This document shows positions 36,901 to 45,590 of a stretch of 64,000 nucleotides of DNA, piece after piece. Each line of letters starts with the position of its first letter. Position 1 is the stretch's first letter. The position numbers and the translations under genes were made by a program. Under the pieces are notes generated by a model. That model searched no databases, was not told the origin of the DNA, and worked only from the letters and a program-made list of their open reading frames with translations. The stretch is from a virus (taxonomy: Duplodnaviria; Caudoviricetes), in the IMG/VR virus record IMGVR_UViG_3300027892_002613, positions 9,288 to 73,287 of that record; one strand, given 5' to 3'.

Positions 36901-38183
36901 AACAATTTATTAAACAAGGTTCTTCTGAAGAGGAGGCAAACGAAGAAGCTAGGAAAGTAATTGCTGCTATTGAAAGAGGAAACACAATGGTTGATAAACT
37001 TTCAAAAGATGGTGAAATGGAAGTGGTGGATTATGGTCCAACTGATACCAATGATAATAGAAAAAAGACCCTTAAGAATACAATAGATAAAACTAGAAAA
37101 AGTATATTAAAATCTATAAAAAAATATTCAGGATTATCTGAAGAAGAAATTTTAGAAAAATATGCAGACTTATTTAAAAGTATAGATGAGATAGAAAAAT
37201 CCGCACCCATAAACAATCCGAATTGGGATTCTATGAGTGCAGAGGAAAAAGAAAAAGCATCAGCAGAATATTTAGGTAAACTTACAAATGTATTACAAAA
37301 TATAAGAAGAGATAAAGATATAGCATCAGGTGGTCCTGATATAGCGGAAGTTTTAGTATTTATGAATGAAATCGGAAAAGGAAATCAGGCATTTTTACCT
37401 TCATCATCAAACTTCCCAACTGTTGATATAGTTTCATTTAATCAACAAAAAACCCCACCGGAAAACGCAACTCCAGAAGAATTAGCGGAATTTTATGCAA
37501 ATGAATACTCTGCAAATAGTGTTTCATTTATTGATAGTGATGCTGAAAGTATTAAATTGGGTAAGGGTGGTGCAAGTGCGGGCCCTTCAAAAACTGATGG
37601 AAGTACATTTAATAACGAAAAAACAAAAGAAGTATTGGATTCAATGATGGATAGTTATCATGCTATTTATGGAGAGTATCCACCTTCAAAAGAAGCAATT
37701 GATAAAGCGGAGGAAGGTTATAAAGCACAAAGAGCCCATATGATAGAAATTTTAGTTGGGCAGGGTAAGAGTCCTGAGCAGGCTGAAAGAATGGTTTCCG
37801 ATGTAGAAACGAAGGCAACAGATGGTGAAAAATCTGCATATCAACAGGCTAAAAAATCATATCAAAATAGTTTAGGGGAAGAGGAAATGGATGCTGAATT
37901 TGATAGAGGATTAAAATTATATAATAAGACTGGGATGTTATTTGAGATGATGTTCAATGAAGACGTTAAATCAAATAACTTTGGTAATGTTAGATTTGTA
38001 GAAAGTGGTACCGGTGCACGAACTAGAATTTCAATGGAAGTTTTGGATGGTATAAATGAAAAGTGCTGTGTTAAATTCAATCCAAATCCGGGAGAACTCA
38101 AAATTAAAGGTGATGCGAGCGGAAAGAGAAAAGCGGGTATAAATGTATCTTATTCAACTTGGATAGTAAAATGTAAAAAATAA
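33924..38183 (+). CDS. Large acidic multidomain protein (1419 aa) with a ParB/Srx-like domain
   Basis: ADKLKATQKDL...PIYVSRDGYVIDGHHRWAA is a ParB-N/sulfiredoxin motif; Pro/Glu/Lys-rich linkers. Confidence 0.6.
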   Translation: MADIKNIINELLLELSVTYPFPNMKDREQVFALLEICDELGYSYLKPQLEEMFLNEAEKEGESKLFPGKFHLGGGFYSSKNGGEAELKNEKGSLRPVTPEEKAKFDAKSGKGEEPKPNDEPKKDEPSAEKPADKPEEKPETPTGDKPSAEQPEKPAPPQANPEVEKGKKDAKEDPQKVLSDPNATAQSKAMARAFKAQKDTDSADTEDKPTEDDIKTKSETVSKGLKNRKSKDGEDLDVETTENGSLIIGVEHGKRKKSNKQTIEQIKTLPKDTKVMFVGEGGMSKDDNGNIEFGGEQNEIRNAVKGHFDNAEESSWDENADVLDDKSPVFDEVAKSVGGSKSKAKAAIWSNMYGQDGPDENMTPEDYLDDEGKEWLIDQAKKGGSSEFDGEVDWNNLTDAQQKDLYELNYRDDDGYGETEISKTQEAYNGFRQKELDRKIKEAEDAGYTVIAPVGNSHVDMWRKRNKKNEFKPVEADEVSNEMPDADKEIFNSNAEALSGLQPAQLEQFNTDIDKVAKMISDAEAKGEPAPDINLCDITIPGTNLYCDDNKGIPREEMPQFKGKAVEGSKAAGMETDKDGEVDTEPVFREMLKQKNVKVLQTKVPADKLKATQKDLVGGKVIGMMGALEKDPTNPKITAPIYVSRDGYVIDGHHRWAAIVAYNAKHPDSPIEMKSTVIDMDIKDAIPMANKFAEDMGIAAKKADVKDGEVPAPKEPNKKEGGVIHPVGGNYYSDTPDGPAQYVKTESVVREIFENENEKFLSLLFEKSVTKKLPNGDTVKVTPIDVKDQPEATAKADELDSNVNADVATARTNLKISDDVIKKRIAEANKHIDNSEADDSTKKILKDAIAKILKGEDVDPNDLEIASKWLAVRVGGGNDIGLYIAKTEGDFNSNSREKIQMNIDPQKVEDYDTKAEEWNDSMVNKYGLPIRTQTGAYVNKKDWTANKMNKKRRKVKFEVSENGNSVTVDGVTYTKRPVPDKETLVEQTNLVEQFIKQGSSEEEANEEARKVIAAIERGNTMVDKLSKDGEMEVVDYGPTDTNDNRKKTLKNTIDKTRKSILKSIKKYSGLSEEEILEKYADLFKSIDEIEKSAPINNPNWDSMSAEEKEKASAEYLGKLTNVLQNIRRDKDIASGGPDIAEVLVFMNEIGKGNQAFLPSSSNFPTVDIVSFNQQKTPPENATPEELAEFYANEYSANSVSFIDSDAESIKLGKGGASAGPSKTDGSTFNNEKTKEVLDSMMDSYHAIYGEYPPSKEAIDKAEEGYKAQRAHMIEILVGQGKSPEQAERMVSDVETKATDGEKSAYQQAKKSYQNSLGEEEMDAEFDRGLKLYNKTGMLFEMMFNEDVKSNNFGNVRFVESGTGARTRISMEVLDGINEKCCVKFNPNPGELKIKGDASGKRKAGINVSYSTWIVKCKK

Positions 38184-38215
38184 TTTGGAAATATAAAATT
38201 TTCTTATTATCTTTA
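38184..38215 (+). promoter_or_regulatory. Bacteroidota-type promoter
   Basis: TTTG at 38184-87, 20 nt spacer, TATCTTTA at 38208-15. Confidence 0.6.
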
Positions 38216-38234
38216 CACTTATAAACCAAACGTT

Positions 38235-38591
38235 ATGACAATCAACTATAAGAACCCAGAAATAGTAGCTCAAATTGAAGCTGAGTATCCGGAAACGACA
38301 GCGGAATACAAAAAGATTATGATAGAAGGATATGAAACCTTCTGTTTAAAACAATCAAATTACGGACCAGGTAATATATCAGTAGGAACATCATTAGTTA
38401 CCGAAGAGGAGAGAAAATTATCTCAAACAGGATTGTGGTTCAGAATGAATGATAAGATTCAGAGATTAAAACAATTAGTGGTATTGGGTAAACAAGATAA
38501 TGTGGGAGAAGCAATAGATGATACTTATCAGGATTTATCTGTATATGGAATCATTGCACAATTAGTTAGTAGAGGAAAGTGGGCTAAGTAA
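38235..38591 (+). CDS. DUF1599 / nucleotide modification-associated domain protein
   Basis: KQSNYG...RMNDKIQRL...IDDTYQDLSVYGII pattern. Confidence 0.7.
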   Translation: MTINYKNPEIVAQIEAEYPETTAEYKKIMIEGYETFCLKQSNYGPGNISVGTSLVTEEERKLSQTGLWFRMNDKIQRLKQLVVLGKQDNVGEAIDDTYQDLSVYGIIAQLVSRGKWAK

Positions 38592-38770
38592 TGACTTATA
38601 TAAACATATACATACCTAAATTAAGTGAACTAAAACAGAGGTTAGAAGAAAATCCTAAACTAATTGAATATTATATCAAATATGAAGGTTGGACAGGTGA
38701 TTCCGACTCAATTAATTTTTTAGAGGAAAAAGTAAAAGAATTTTTTAAAAATAAAAAAGAAGCAAAATGA
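38591..38770 (+). CDS. Small hypothetical protein (59 aa), absent from the ORF track
   Basis: MTYINIYIPKLSELKQRLEENPKLIEYYIKYEGWTGDSDSINFLEEKVKEFFKNKKEAK*. It overlaps its neighbours by TAATG and ATGA, suggesting translational coupling. Confidence 0.6.
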   Translation: MTYINIYIPKLSELKQRLEENPKLIEYYIKYEGWTGDSDSINFLEEKVKEFFKNKKEAK

Positions 38771-39177
38771 AAGTATGGTTATGGAGAGCATTAGGATTGG
38801 TATTCGTAGGTTGTGCATATATAGGAGCAATAGTTCCAGGTGTACCAATGACTACATTCGTTATATTAGCGGCATGGGCTTTCGCTAAAAGTTCACCAAA
38901 GTTAAATCATTGGTTGCACACTCACCCAACATTCTCACCACACTTAATTCGTTGGGAAGAAAAAAGTATTTACCCAACAAAGGTAAAATGGATAATGGTA
39001 ACTACTATGATTATCAGTTATACTATTCTATTATTTACATTACATAAACCTGCGGCACTTATTGGTATTGGTGGATTTATGTTATTTTGGATAGTATGGG
39101 CATGGAGATTTCCCGGCTCAGAAGAAGAGTGGAAACGAAGAAAAAAAGAAGGTAAAAAAATAGGTTGGATAAAGTAA
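38767..39177 (+). CDS. ybaN: YbaN/DUF454 family inner-membrane protein
   Basis: LG....G..G..VPG.P.T.F.ILAAWAFAKSSP....WL..HP.F signature. Confidence 0.8.
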   Translation: MKVWLWRALGLVFVGCAYIGAIVPGVPMTTFVILAAWAFAKSSPKLNHWLHTHPTFSPHLIRWEEKSIYPTKVKWIMVTTMIISYTILLFTLHKPAALIGIGGFMLFWIVWAWRFPGSEEEWKRRKKEGKKIGWIK

Positions 39178-39231
39178 TTGTTTTTGTATATTTGTATATA
39201 TTTATAGGGGAATCTCAACTCCTTCCGTTTC

Positions 39232-39525
39232 ATGAAAAAGTTTTTAAACAAAATCATCTCATTCTTTACTCCTACACCTAAAGGAGAATTTCCTGCAACC
39301 CCACGAGGGTTTACTGCTGCCAAAAATTGGGCACAGAATCAACCACATCCATATTCCGAAAACTTAACCCTTTGGGAATCGATATACACTACAAACGATG
39401 ACGGGTGGTATGTTCTTCAGAGAATCAATCGTCATAAGAAATTACACGATGCTTACACTAAATGTAAGACTACTAAAGGGTGTAATGAATTGAATCTCAA
39501 AGAGTTAGAAGAGGAAATATTTTAG
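39232..39525 (+). CDS. Hypothetical protein
   Basis: 97 aa ORF with an upstream ATATTTATA motif. Confidence 0.5.
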   Translation: MKKFLNKIISFFTPTPKGEFPATPRGFTAAKNWAQNQPHPYSENLTLWESIYTTNDDGWYVLQRINRHKKLHDAYTKCKTTKGCNELNLKELEEEIF

Positions 39526-39546
39526 TAAAAAAATATTAAAAAAAGC

Positions 39547-39577
39547 TTGGAATATTCGATATATTAGTGTATCTTTG
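39547..39577 (+). promoter_or_regulatory. Bacteroidota-type promoter for the SSB-recA-exonuclease operon
   Basis: TTG at 39547-49, 20 nt spacer, TATCTTTG at 39570-77. A second motif, GTATTTATA, lies at 39599-607. Confidence 0.65.
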
Positions 39578-39652
39578 TTCTAAGTTTATTACTTGTAGGT
39601 ATTTATATCTATAAACTTAAACTTAATTTTTAAACCATAAAACAAATAAAGC

Positions 39653-40528
39653 ATGTCAACAAACATTGATGCAATCAGAGCCCGTCTGAACAAACTTCAG
39701 GGGACACAGAAAACGGCTGACTCACTATGGAAGCCAACAGTTGGTAAACACCAAATCCGTTTAGTACCTTACAAATTCAACAAGGATATTCCTTTTATTG
39801 AATTGTATTTTCACTACAACATCAACAACAAATCCTATTTATCACCAGCTTCATTCGGAAGACCTGACCCTATCGTAGAGTTTGCAGAAAAACTTAAGAG
39901 AATGGGTGGAAAGGATGATTACCGCGAAGCTAAGAAAATGGAGCCAAAATTGAGAACTTTTGTTCCCGTAATCGTAAGAGGTCAGGAAAATGAAGGTGTT
40001 AAGTTTTGGGGATTCGGTAAGACAGTTTATCAAGAATTATTGGGTTATTTCGCAGACCCAGATTACGGTGATTTATCTGACCCTTTTAGTGGTAGAGATA
40101 TCGTCGTAGATTACGCAGCAGCGGAAGGTGGAGCATCTTACCCAACTACTACTATCAGAGTTAAACCTACAACTACTAAGTTGCATGAGAACGATGAGAA
40201 GATTAAGGAGTTGATTGGTAACGAAAAAGAAATCACCACTATCTACTCAGAATTGTCATATGATGAGTTGAAGAAAATCTTAGAAAATTGGTTAGCTGGA
40301 AACACAACTGATGAGGGTGCACAATCTGCTACACAAGAAACACTTGTGGCTAAAACAGAGAAAAGTGTAAGTGATTCATTTGACTTCGATACAAAGCCTC
40401 ACCAATTAGATGATGCGATTCCACATAAGGCTACTCAGCAAGAGTTACCTTGGGATGAAACACCATCAGCACCTGTATCCAAAACAACTCAACAAGTTGC
40501 GGATGCATTCGAAGATTTATTCAAATAA
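39653..40528 (+). CDS. Single-stranded DNA-binding protein (gp32-like)
   Basis: LWKP..G...IRLVP, PFIELYFHY, VKFWGFGKTVY, DLSDPFSGRDI, acidic tail AFEDLFK. Confidence 0.8.
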   Translation: MSTNIDAIRARLNKLQGTQKTADSLWKPTVGKHQIRLVPYKFNKDIPFIELYFHYNINNKSYLSPASFGRPDPIVEFAEKLKRMGGKDDYREAKKMEPKLRTFVPVIVRGQENEGVKFWGFGKTVYQELLGYFADPDYGDLSDPFSGRDIVVDYAAAEGGASYPTTTIRVKPTTTKLHENDEKIKELIGNEKEITTIYSELSYDELKKILENWLAGNTTDEGAQSATQETLVAKTEKSVSDSFDFDTKPHQLDDAIPHKATQQELPWDETPSAPVSKTTQQVADAFEDLFK

Positions 40529-40543
40529 TAACAAGTTATAATT

Positions 40544-41662
40544 ATGGCAAAAAATGATTTAGCAGATATTCTGGTCGAAAGTCTGAACAAGAAAAATAAA
40601 GACCAAAAAATCGCCTTCTTCTTAGATGATGATTCCGATGGAGCACCAACCAATGTAAATGGATGGATTTCAACCGGAGCAGCTATGTTGGATGTTGCTA
40701 TTTCTAATCGCCCGTATGGTGGAATACCTGTTGGTAGAATTACTGAAATCACAGGTTTAGAGCAGAGTGGTAAATCATTACTCTCTGCTCACATCTTAGC
40801 GGAAACTCAAAAACAAGGTGGAGTTGCGGTATTGATTGATACTGAAACTGCGGTAAGTAGAGAGTTCTTTGATGCAATTGGAGTAGATGTATCCAAACTT
40901 CTATATGTGAGTGTAGATACAGTTGAGGATATATTTGAAACAATTGAAACAATCATTGAAAAAGTTAGAACATCTGACAAAGATAGATTAGTAACAATCG
41001 TTGTGGATTCCGTTGCGGCGGCTTCTACTAAGAAAGAGATGGAATCGGATTATGATAAAGACGGTTATGCAACCGATAAAGCTATTATCATATCTAAGGC
41101 AATGAGAAAGATTACCAATGTAATTGGTAGACAGAAAATTGCAGTTATCTTCACAAACCAATTAAGACAAAAGTTAGGAGTAATGTTCGGTGACCCTTGG
41201 ACAACAAGTGGTGGTAAGGCTTTGGCTTTCCACGCATCGGTTCGTTTAAGATTGAAGAACGTTGGACAAGTTAAAACTAAAATTGGTGGAACGGATAAAA
41301 CAGTAGGAATCTCAGTAAGAGCACAAGTGGTTAAGAACCGATTAGGGCCACCACTCCGTTCAGCTGATTTTGAAATCTATTTCGATAGAGGTATTGATAA
41401 TTATGGTAGCTGGCTAACTGTATTGAAAGATAATAAGTTAGTTAAGCAAGGTGGAGCTTGGTATGAGTATGTAGATACTGATACGGGTGAAGTTGTGAAA
41501 TTCCAATCTAAGGATTTCATTGTAATGATGCAACAAAAACCTGAGTTAAGAGACCAAATTTATAAAAAGATTTGTGAAACAACTATTATTCAATATAAGA
41601 AAGATACATACGATATTGAATCAATGGAAATTGATACAAATTTACCAAACGAAGTAGAATAG
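40544..41662 (+). CDS. recA: RecA/UvsX recombinase
   Basis: GGIPVGRITEITGLEQSGKS Walker A, IVVDSVAA, FTNQLR, TTSGGKALAFHASVRLRL. Confidence 0.95.
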   Translation: MAKNDLADILVESLNKKNKDQKIAFFLDDDSDGAPTNVNGWISTGAAMLDVAISNRPYGGIPVGRITEITGLEQSGKSLLSAHILAETQKQGGVAVLIDTETAVSREFFDAIGVDVSKLLYVSVDTVEDIFETIETIIEKVRTSDKDRLVTIVVDSVAAASTKKEMESDYDKDGYATDKAIIISKAMRKITNVIGRQKIAVIFTNQLRQKLGVMFGDPWTTSGGKALAFHASVRLRLKNVGQVKTKIGGTDKTVGISVRAQVVKNRLGPPLRSADFEIYFDRGIDNYGSWLTVLKDNKLVKQGGAWYEYVDTDTGEVVKFQSKDFIVMMQQKPELRDQIYKKICETTIIQYKKDTYDIESMEIDTNLPNEVE

Positions 41663-42699
41663 TGAATAACAAATACAAGAATTTATTAGATGAAGTAAAT
41701 TTGGAACATACCACTAAACACCTTAGAACTAGAAATTCTAAGGTGTTATTTGTGGATGGTTTAAATATGTTCTTCCGTTGCTGGAGTACAAACCCAACAA
41801 TGAACGAAGATGGAGAACACACAGGTGGTATGGTTGGATTCCTAAAATCATTAGGAGCAGTTATACGCCAGGAAAACCCTACTAGAGTAGTAGTAATATT
41901 TGATGGTAAGGGGGGCTCACAAAAAAGAAAAGAAGTATTCTCAAATTACAAAGCGGATAGAAAAGTTAAATTCAGAGTCAATCGTCAGTATGCTGATATG
42001 ATGAGTGAAGAAGATGAGCAAGTAAGTTTGAGAAGGCAATTGAGTTCATTGGCTAACATCTTAGGTGTATTGCCTGTAACTACAATGATATATGATAACA
42101 TAGAGGCAGATGATGTAATAGGTTATTTAGCTAAACAAGTTATCAAAGAAGATGAAGGAGCATTAATTCTTTCATCGGATAAAGATTTCCTACAATTAGT
42201 TTCGGATAATATCCACGTTTGGAATCCATTGAAGAAACAAAAAATTGATAAGGATAAATTAAAAGAATTATACGGAGTTCACGCAGAAAACTTTATATGG
42301 TATAGAGTAATGGATGGTGATAAATCCGATAACATAGATGGTGTAAGGGGATGTGGATTAAAAACACTTCTTAAAAGATTGCCTGTATTGGAAACCGATG
42401 CTAGATTGACAGTAGATGAACTGATGAGATTAGCGGAAGAACAAAAAGGGGAATACAAAGTTTTTCAAACCATTTTAGATAGTAAAAAAATAATTGAAAG
42501 AAATTTCCAAATAATGCAATTGGAAGACCCGGATATTAGCGGGATTACCAAACTTAAAATAAACGACAGATTTATTGAATCAGTTGAACCATTGGATAAA
42601 ATGAAATTCATTGGGTTTGGAATGAAATATAAGATACTACAAAATTGGGGAGATGTTAATGATTGGCTGAGGTCATCATTCGGTAATTTAGTTTTATAA
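41662..42699 (+). CDS. 5'-3' exonuclease / flap endonuclease (T4 RNase H-like)
   Basis: FVDGLNMFFR, VIFDG, YKADR, IEADDVIG, SSDKDFLQL, GDKSDNIDGVRGCGLKT. Confidence 0.9.
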   Translation: MNNKYKNLLDEVNLEHTTKHLRTRNSKVLFVDGLNMFFRCWSTNPTMNEDGEHTGGMVGFLKSLGAVIRQENPTRVVVIFDGKGGSQKRKEVFSNYKADRKVKFRVNRQYADMMSEEDEQVSLRRQLSSLANILGVLPVTTMIYDNIEADDVIGYLAKQVIKEDEGALILSSDKDFLQLVSDNIHVWNPLKKQKIDKDKLKELYGVHAENFIWYRVMDGDKSDNIDGVRGCGLKTLLKRLPVLETDARLTVDELMRLAEEQKGEYKVFQTILDSKKIIERNFQIMQLEDPDISGITKLKINDRFIESVEPLDKMKFIGFGMKYKILQNWGDVNDWLRSSFGNLVL

Positions 42700-42702
42700 T
42701 AA

Positions 42703-42734
42703 TTTGGAAATTCCAAATTTTAATCTTATATTTG
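42703..42734 (+). promoter_or_regulatory. Bacteroidota-type promoter for the helicase gene
   Basis: TTTG at 42703-06, 20 nt spacer, TATATTTG at 42727-34; the ATG follows after only 4 nt. Confidence 0.7.
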
Positions 42735-42738
42735 TGGT

Positions 42739-44100
42739 ATGAGTGAAGCGGTAGATAATTTAGCAAAATACGGACAGAGTTACCAAACAAAAGTGGTAAC
42801 CAATTTAGTAACAGATAGACCTTTCTTAGAGCAAGTTTCGGATATTTTGGAAACAAAATATTTTGAATCCGATACTAACAAATGGGTAGTTGATATAACC
42901 CGTAAATATTTTTCTAAATACAAAAATACTCCTACTACTGATTTCTTTAAAACGGAGATACAAAAAATTACCGATAAGGCACTTCAACAAAATGTTCTTA
43001 CTCAATTAAAAGCAATTTACGCTCTTCAAAGTGGAGGGGATTCCGAATGGGTTAAGAACGAATTCGTAACATTCTGTAAAAATCAAAACTTTAAAAATGT
43101 TATCCTTACATCAGTTGACTTATTACAAACGGGTCAATTTGATAAGATTGAAAAATTAGTAAGAGATGCGGTTAAAGTTGGACAATCAAATGATTTAGGA
43201 TTAGATTACAAAGAAGATATAGAAGTTCGTTTTGAAGAGGTTAATAGAAAAACCGTTAAAACTAATTGGGATGTAATCGATGAGTTAATAGATGGAGGAT
43301 TGGGGCCTGGTGAATTAGGAGTAATCGTTGCACCATCTGGAGTTGGTAAGACTTGGGTTCTTTGCCACATTGGTGCGGAAGCAGTTAGACAAGGTAAGAA
43401 TGTATTACACTATACATTAGAACTTACACAGAACTATGTTGGGCAGAGATATGATACAATCTTTACCGGTATCCCATCAGCTGAGTTAAGAGATAATAAA
43501 GAACACATTAAGGATAAGGTAGATAAACTAAAAGGTGGATTGATGATTAAATATTATCCACCAAAGGGTATTACTGCAAACACAATTGCGGCACACATTG
43601 ATATGGTTCGTTCAACCAAATTTCAGCCCGATTTGATAATTATAGACTACGCTGATTTATTGATGAGTGTTAGCTCAAAAAATAATTCAGATTATCAGGA
43701 ACAAGGTGGTATCTATATTGATTTAAGAGCAATGGGAGGTGAGTATCAAATACCAATTTGGACTGCATCCCAAACTAATAGAAGTGCTATTGAAAGTGAA
43801 GTAATTCACGCTGATAAAATTGCGGATAGTTATGCAAAAGTAATGAACGCAGATTTAATCATATCAGTTAGTAGAAAAGATACTGATAAGTTGAATGATA
43901 CTGCTAGATTCCACGTTATGAAAAACAGATTTGGACCAGATGGATTAACATTCCCTGCAAAGATGAACACTAACAAAGGTATCATTGAAGTATATGCGGC
44001 TAATTCATCAAATGGAATTATAGCGAGTAAAGAGAGTAAAAATGGAGAGTTATTACAAAAACAACTACTACATAAAAAGTATGTAGATAATATGGGATAA
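42739..44100 (+). CDS. Replicative DnaB-like helicase (gp41-like)
   Basis: GELGVIVAPSGVGKT Walker A, YTLEL, IIIDYADLL, WTASQTNR, MKNRFGPDG. Confidence 0.9.
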   Translation: MSEAVDNLAKYGQSYQTKVVTNLVTDRPFLEQVSDILETKYFESDTNKWVVDITRKYFSKYKNTPTTDFFKTEIQKITDKALQQNVLTQLKAIYALQSGGDSEWVKNEFVTFCKNQNFKNVILTSVDLLQTGQFDKIEKLVRDAVKVGQSNDLGLDYKEDIEVRFEEVNRKTVKTNWDVIDELIDGGLGPGELGVIVAPSGVGKTWVLCHIGAEAVRQGKNVLHYTLELTQNYVGQRYDTIFTGIPSAELRDNKEHIKDKVDKLKGGLMIKYYPPKGITANTIAAHIDMVRSTKFQPDLIIIDYADLLMSVSSKNNSDYQEQGGIYIDLRAMGGEYQIPIWTASQTNRSAIESEVIHADKIADSYAKVMNADLIISVSRKDTDKLNDTARFHVMKNRFGPDGLTFPAKMNTNKGIIEVYAANSSNGIIASKESKNGELLQKQLLHKKYVDNMG

Positions 44101-44110
44101 AATATATTTT

Positions 44111-44461
44111 ATGTTAACACAAGAACAAATAGACATTATCGATGGTATATCAACCGGTATGGCCATCTTAGAAGGATTAGATGAAGCCATAATGGGGTAT
44201 GATTCATCATCTAAAAGAATTGTATATGATTACTCCACCATAGTAGAAATTTTAGTAGAAGGTGGTATGTTAGAATATGATGCTATTGAATATATTGAAT
44301 ATAATATAGTGAATATGAAATTAACGGATGATGCTGGAGTAGATATAACTCCAATATTATTTAGCGAATATCCATCAATAGATGAATTAGAAGAATTAGA
44401 AAATGAGGATTTAGAAGAAGAGATAGAGGAAGAAGATGAAAATTTTTCTAAAGAAAACTAA
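44111..44461 (+). CDS. Hypothetical highly acidic protein
   Basis: EGLDEAIMG...IVYDY...DAIEYIEYNI core plus a poly-Glu tail. Confidence 0.55.
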   Translation: MLTQEQIDIIDGISTGMAILEGLDEAIMGYDSSSKRIVYDYSTIVEILVEGGMLEYDAIEYIEYNIVNMKLTDDAGVDITPILFSEYPSIDELEELENEDLEEEIEEEDENFSKEN

Positions 44462-44567
44462 AGAAAAAACGACAGAAAAAGATTTCTAAAGAACCAAAAA
44501 CTTTTTAGAGATTTTGATGTATTTATTCTTACCCCTATTAGGATAAACACATAATAAAGACTATAAT

Positions 44568-45581
44568 ATGAGCAAATTATTTACGGATAGAATCGCCTAT
44601 AAACCATTTGAATTTCCAGAATACTATAACGAAGGTTGGTTAAAACAAATGCAGGCATTTTGGTTACATACTGAAATACCAATGCAAGGCGATGTGAAGG
44701 ATTGGAATGAGAATTTAACAAAAGAAGAAAAACATTTAGTTGGAAATATTCTTTTAGGTTTTGCTCAAACGGAATGTGCAGTATCAGACTATTGGACTGG
44801 TATGGTTACAAAATGGTTTCCAAAGCATGAGATTAGACAGATGGCAATGGCATTTGGTTCACAAGAAACAATACATTCAGTTGCATACTCATACTTAAAT
44901 GAAACATTAGGATTAGATGATTTCGCAGGCTTTATGCATGATGAGGTTATGAAAGAAAGATTTGAATTACTAACGAATACAACAGCTGAATGGACTCCTA
45001 AAGATTTGGATACTAATCATACGGCTAGAGTTGAGGTTGCTCGCTCACTTGCTATATTTTCAGCATTTGCAGAAGGTGTAGCATTGTATTCTTCATTTGC
45101 AGTTCTTTATAGTTTCCAAATGAGAAACTTACTAAAAGGAATTGGACAACAAATGAAATGGAGTGTTAGAGATGAATCCCTACATTCAAAGATGGGTTGT
45201 CAATTATTCAGACATATGTGTAGTGAATTTCCTGAATTGTTAGAAGAAGCAAAAGCTGATATCTACAAAGCAGCTGAAATCATTAGAGATTTGGAACACA
45301 AATTCATTGATAAGATTTTTGAACAGGGTGATTTAGATAATCTTAAAAAAGATGAGCTAAAAGAATTCATTACAAAGAGAGTTAATGAAAAATTGGGAGA
45401 GTTAGGATATAACCCAATTAAAGGTGGAGATGACTACTTTGAGTTTAACGAAAAGAAAGCATCCGAATTAGATTGGTTTTATCATCTTACAGGTGGAGTA
45501 ACCCACACAGATTTCTTCGCTATGAGACCTACTGATTATAGTAAGGCAGGTGAAGGTGAAAATTGGGATGATTTATTTTAA
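44568..45581 (+). CDS. nrdB: Ribonucleotide reductase class I beta subunit
   Basis: YKPFEFP, QTECAV, ETIHSVAY, EGVALYSSF, RDESLH di-metal ligands. Confidence 0.95.
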   Translation: MSKLFTDRIAYKPFEFPEYYNEGWLKQMQAFWLHTEIPMQGDVKDWNENLTKEEKHLVGNILLGFAQTECAVSDYWTGMVTKWFPKHEIRQMAMAFGSQETIHSVAYSYLNETLGLDDFAGFMHDEVMKERFELLTNTTAEWTPKDLDTNHTARVEVARSLAIFSAFAEGVALYSSFAVLYSFQMRNLLKGIGQQMKWSVRDESLHSKMGCQLFRHMCSEFPELLEEAKADIYKAAEIIRDLEHKFIDKIFEQGDLDNLKKDELKEFITKRVNEKLGELGYNPIKGGDDYFEFNEKKASELDWFYHLTGGVTHTDFFAMRPTDYSKAGEGENWDDLF

Positions 45582-45590
45582 AAAAAGTTT

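Noticed and set aside
36870-36910. Small tandem duplication encoding TLVEQ-TNLVEQ
   Set aside because: A single short in-frame duplication with no evident functional signal.
44440-44515. Short direct repeat TTTCTAAAGAA and an imperfect inverted repeat upstream of nrdB, considered as an operator or NrdR box
   Set aside because: It does not match the NrdR consensus and is plausible by chance in A/T-rich DNA.
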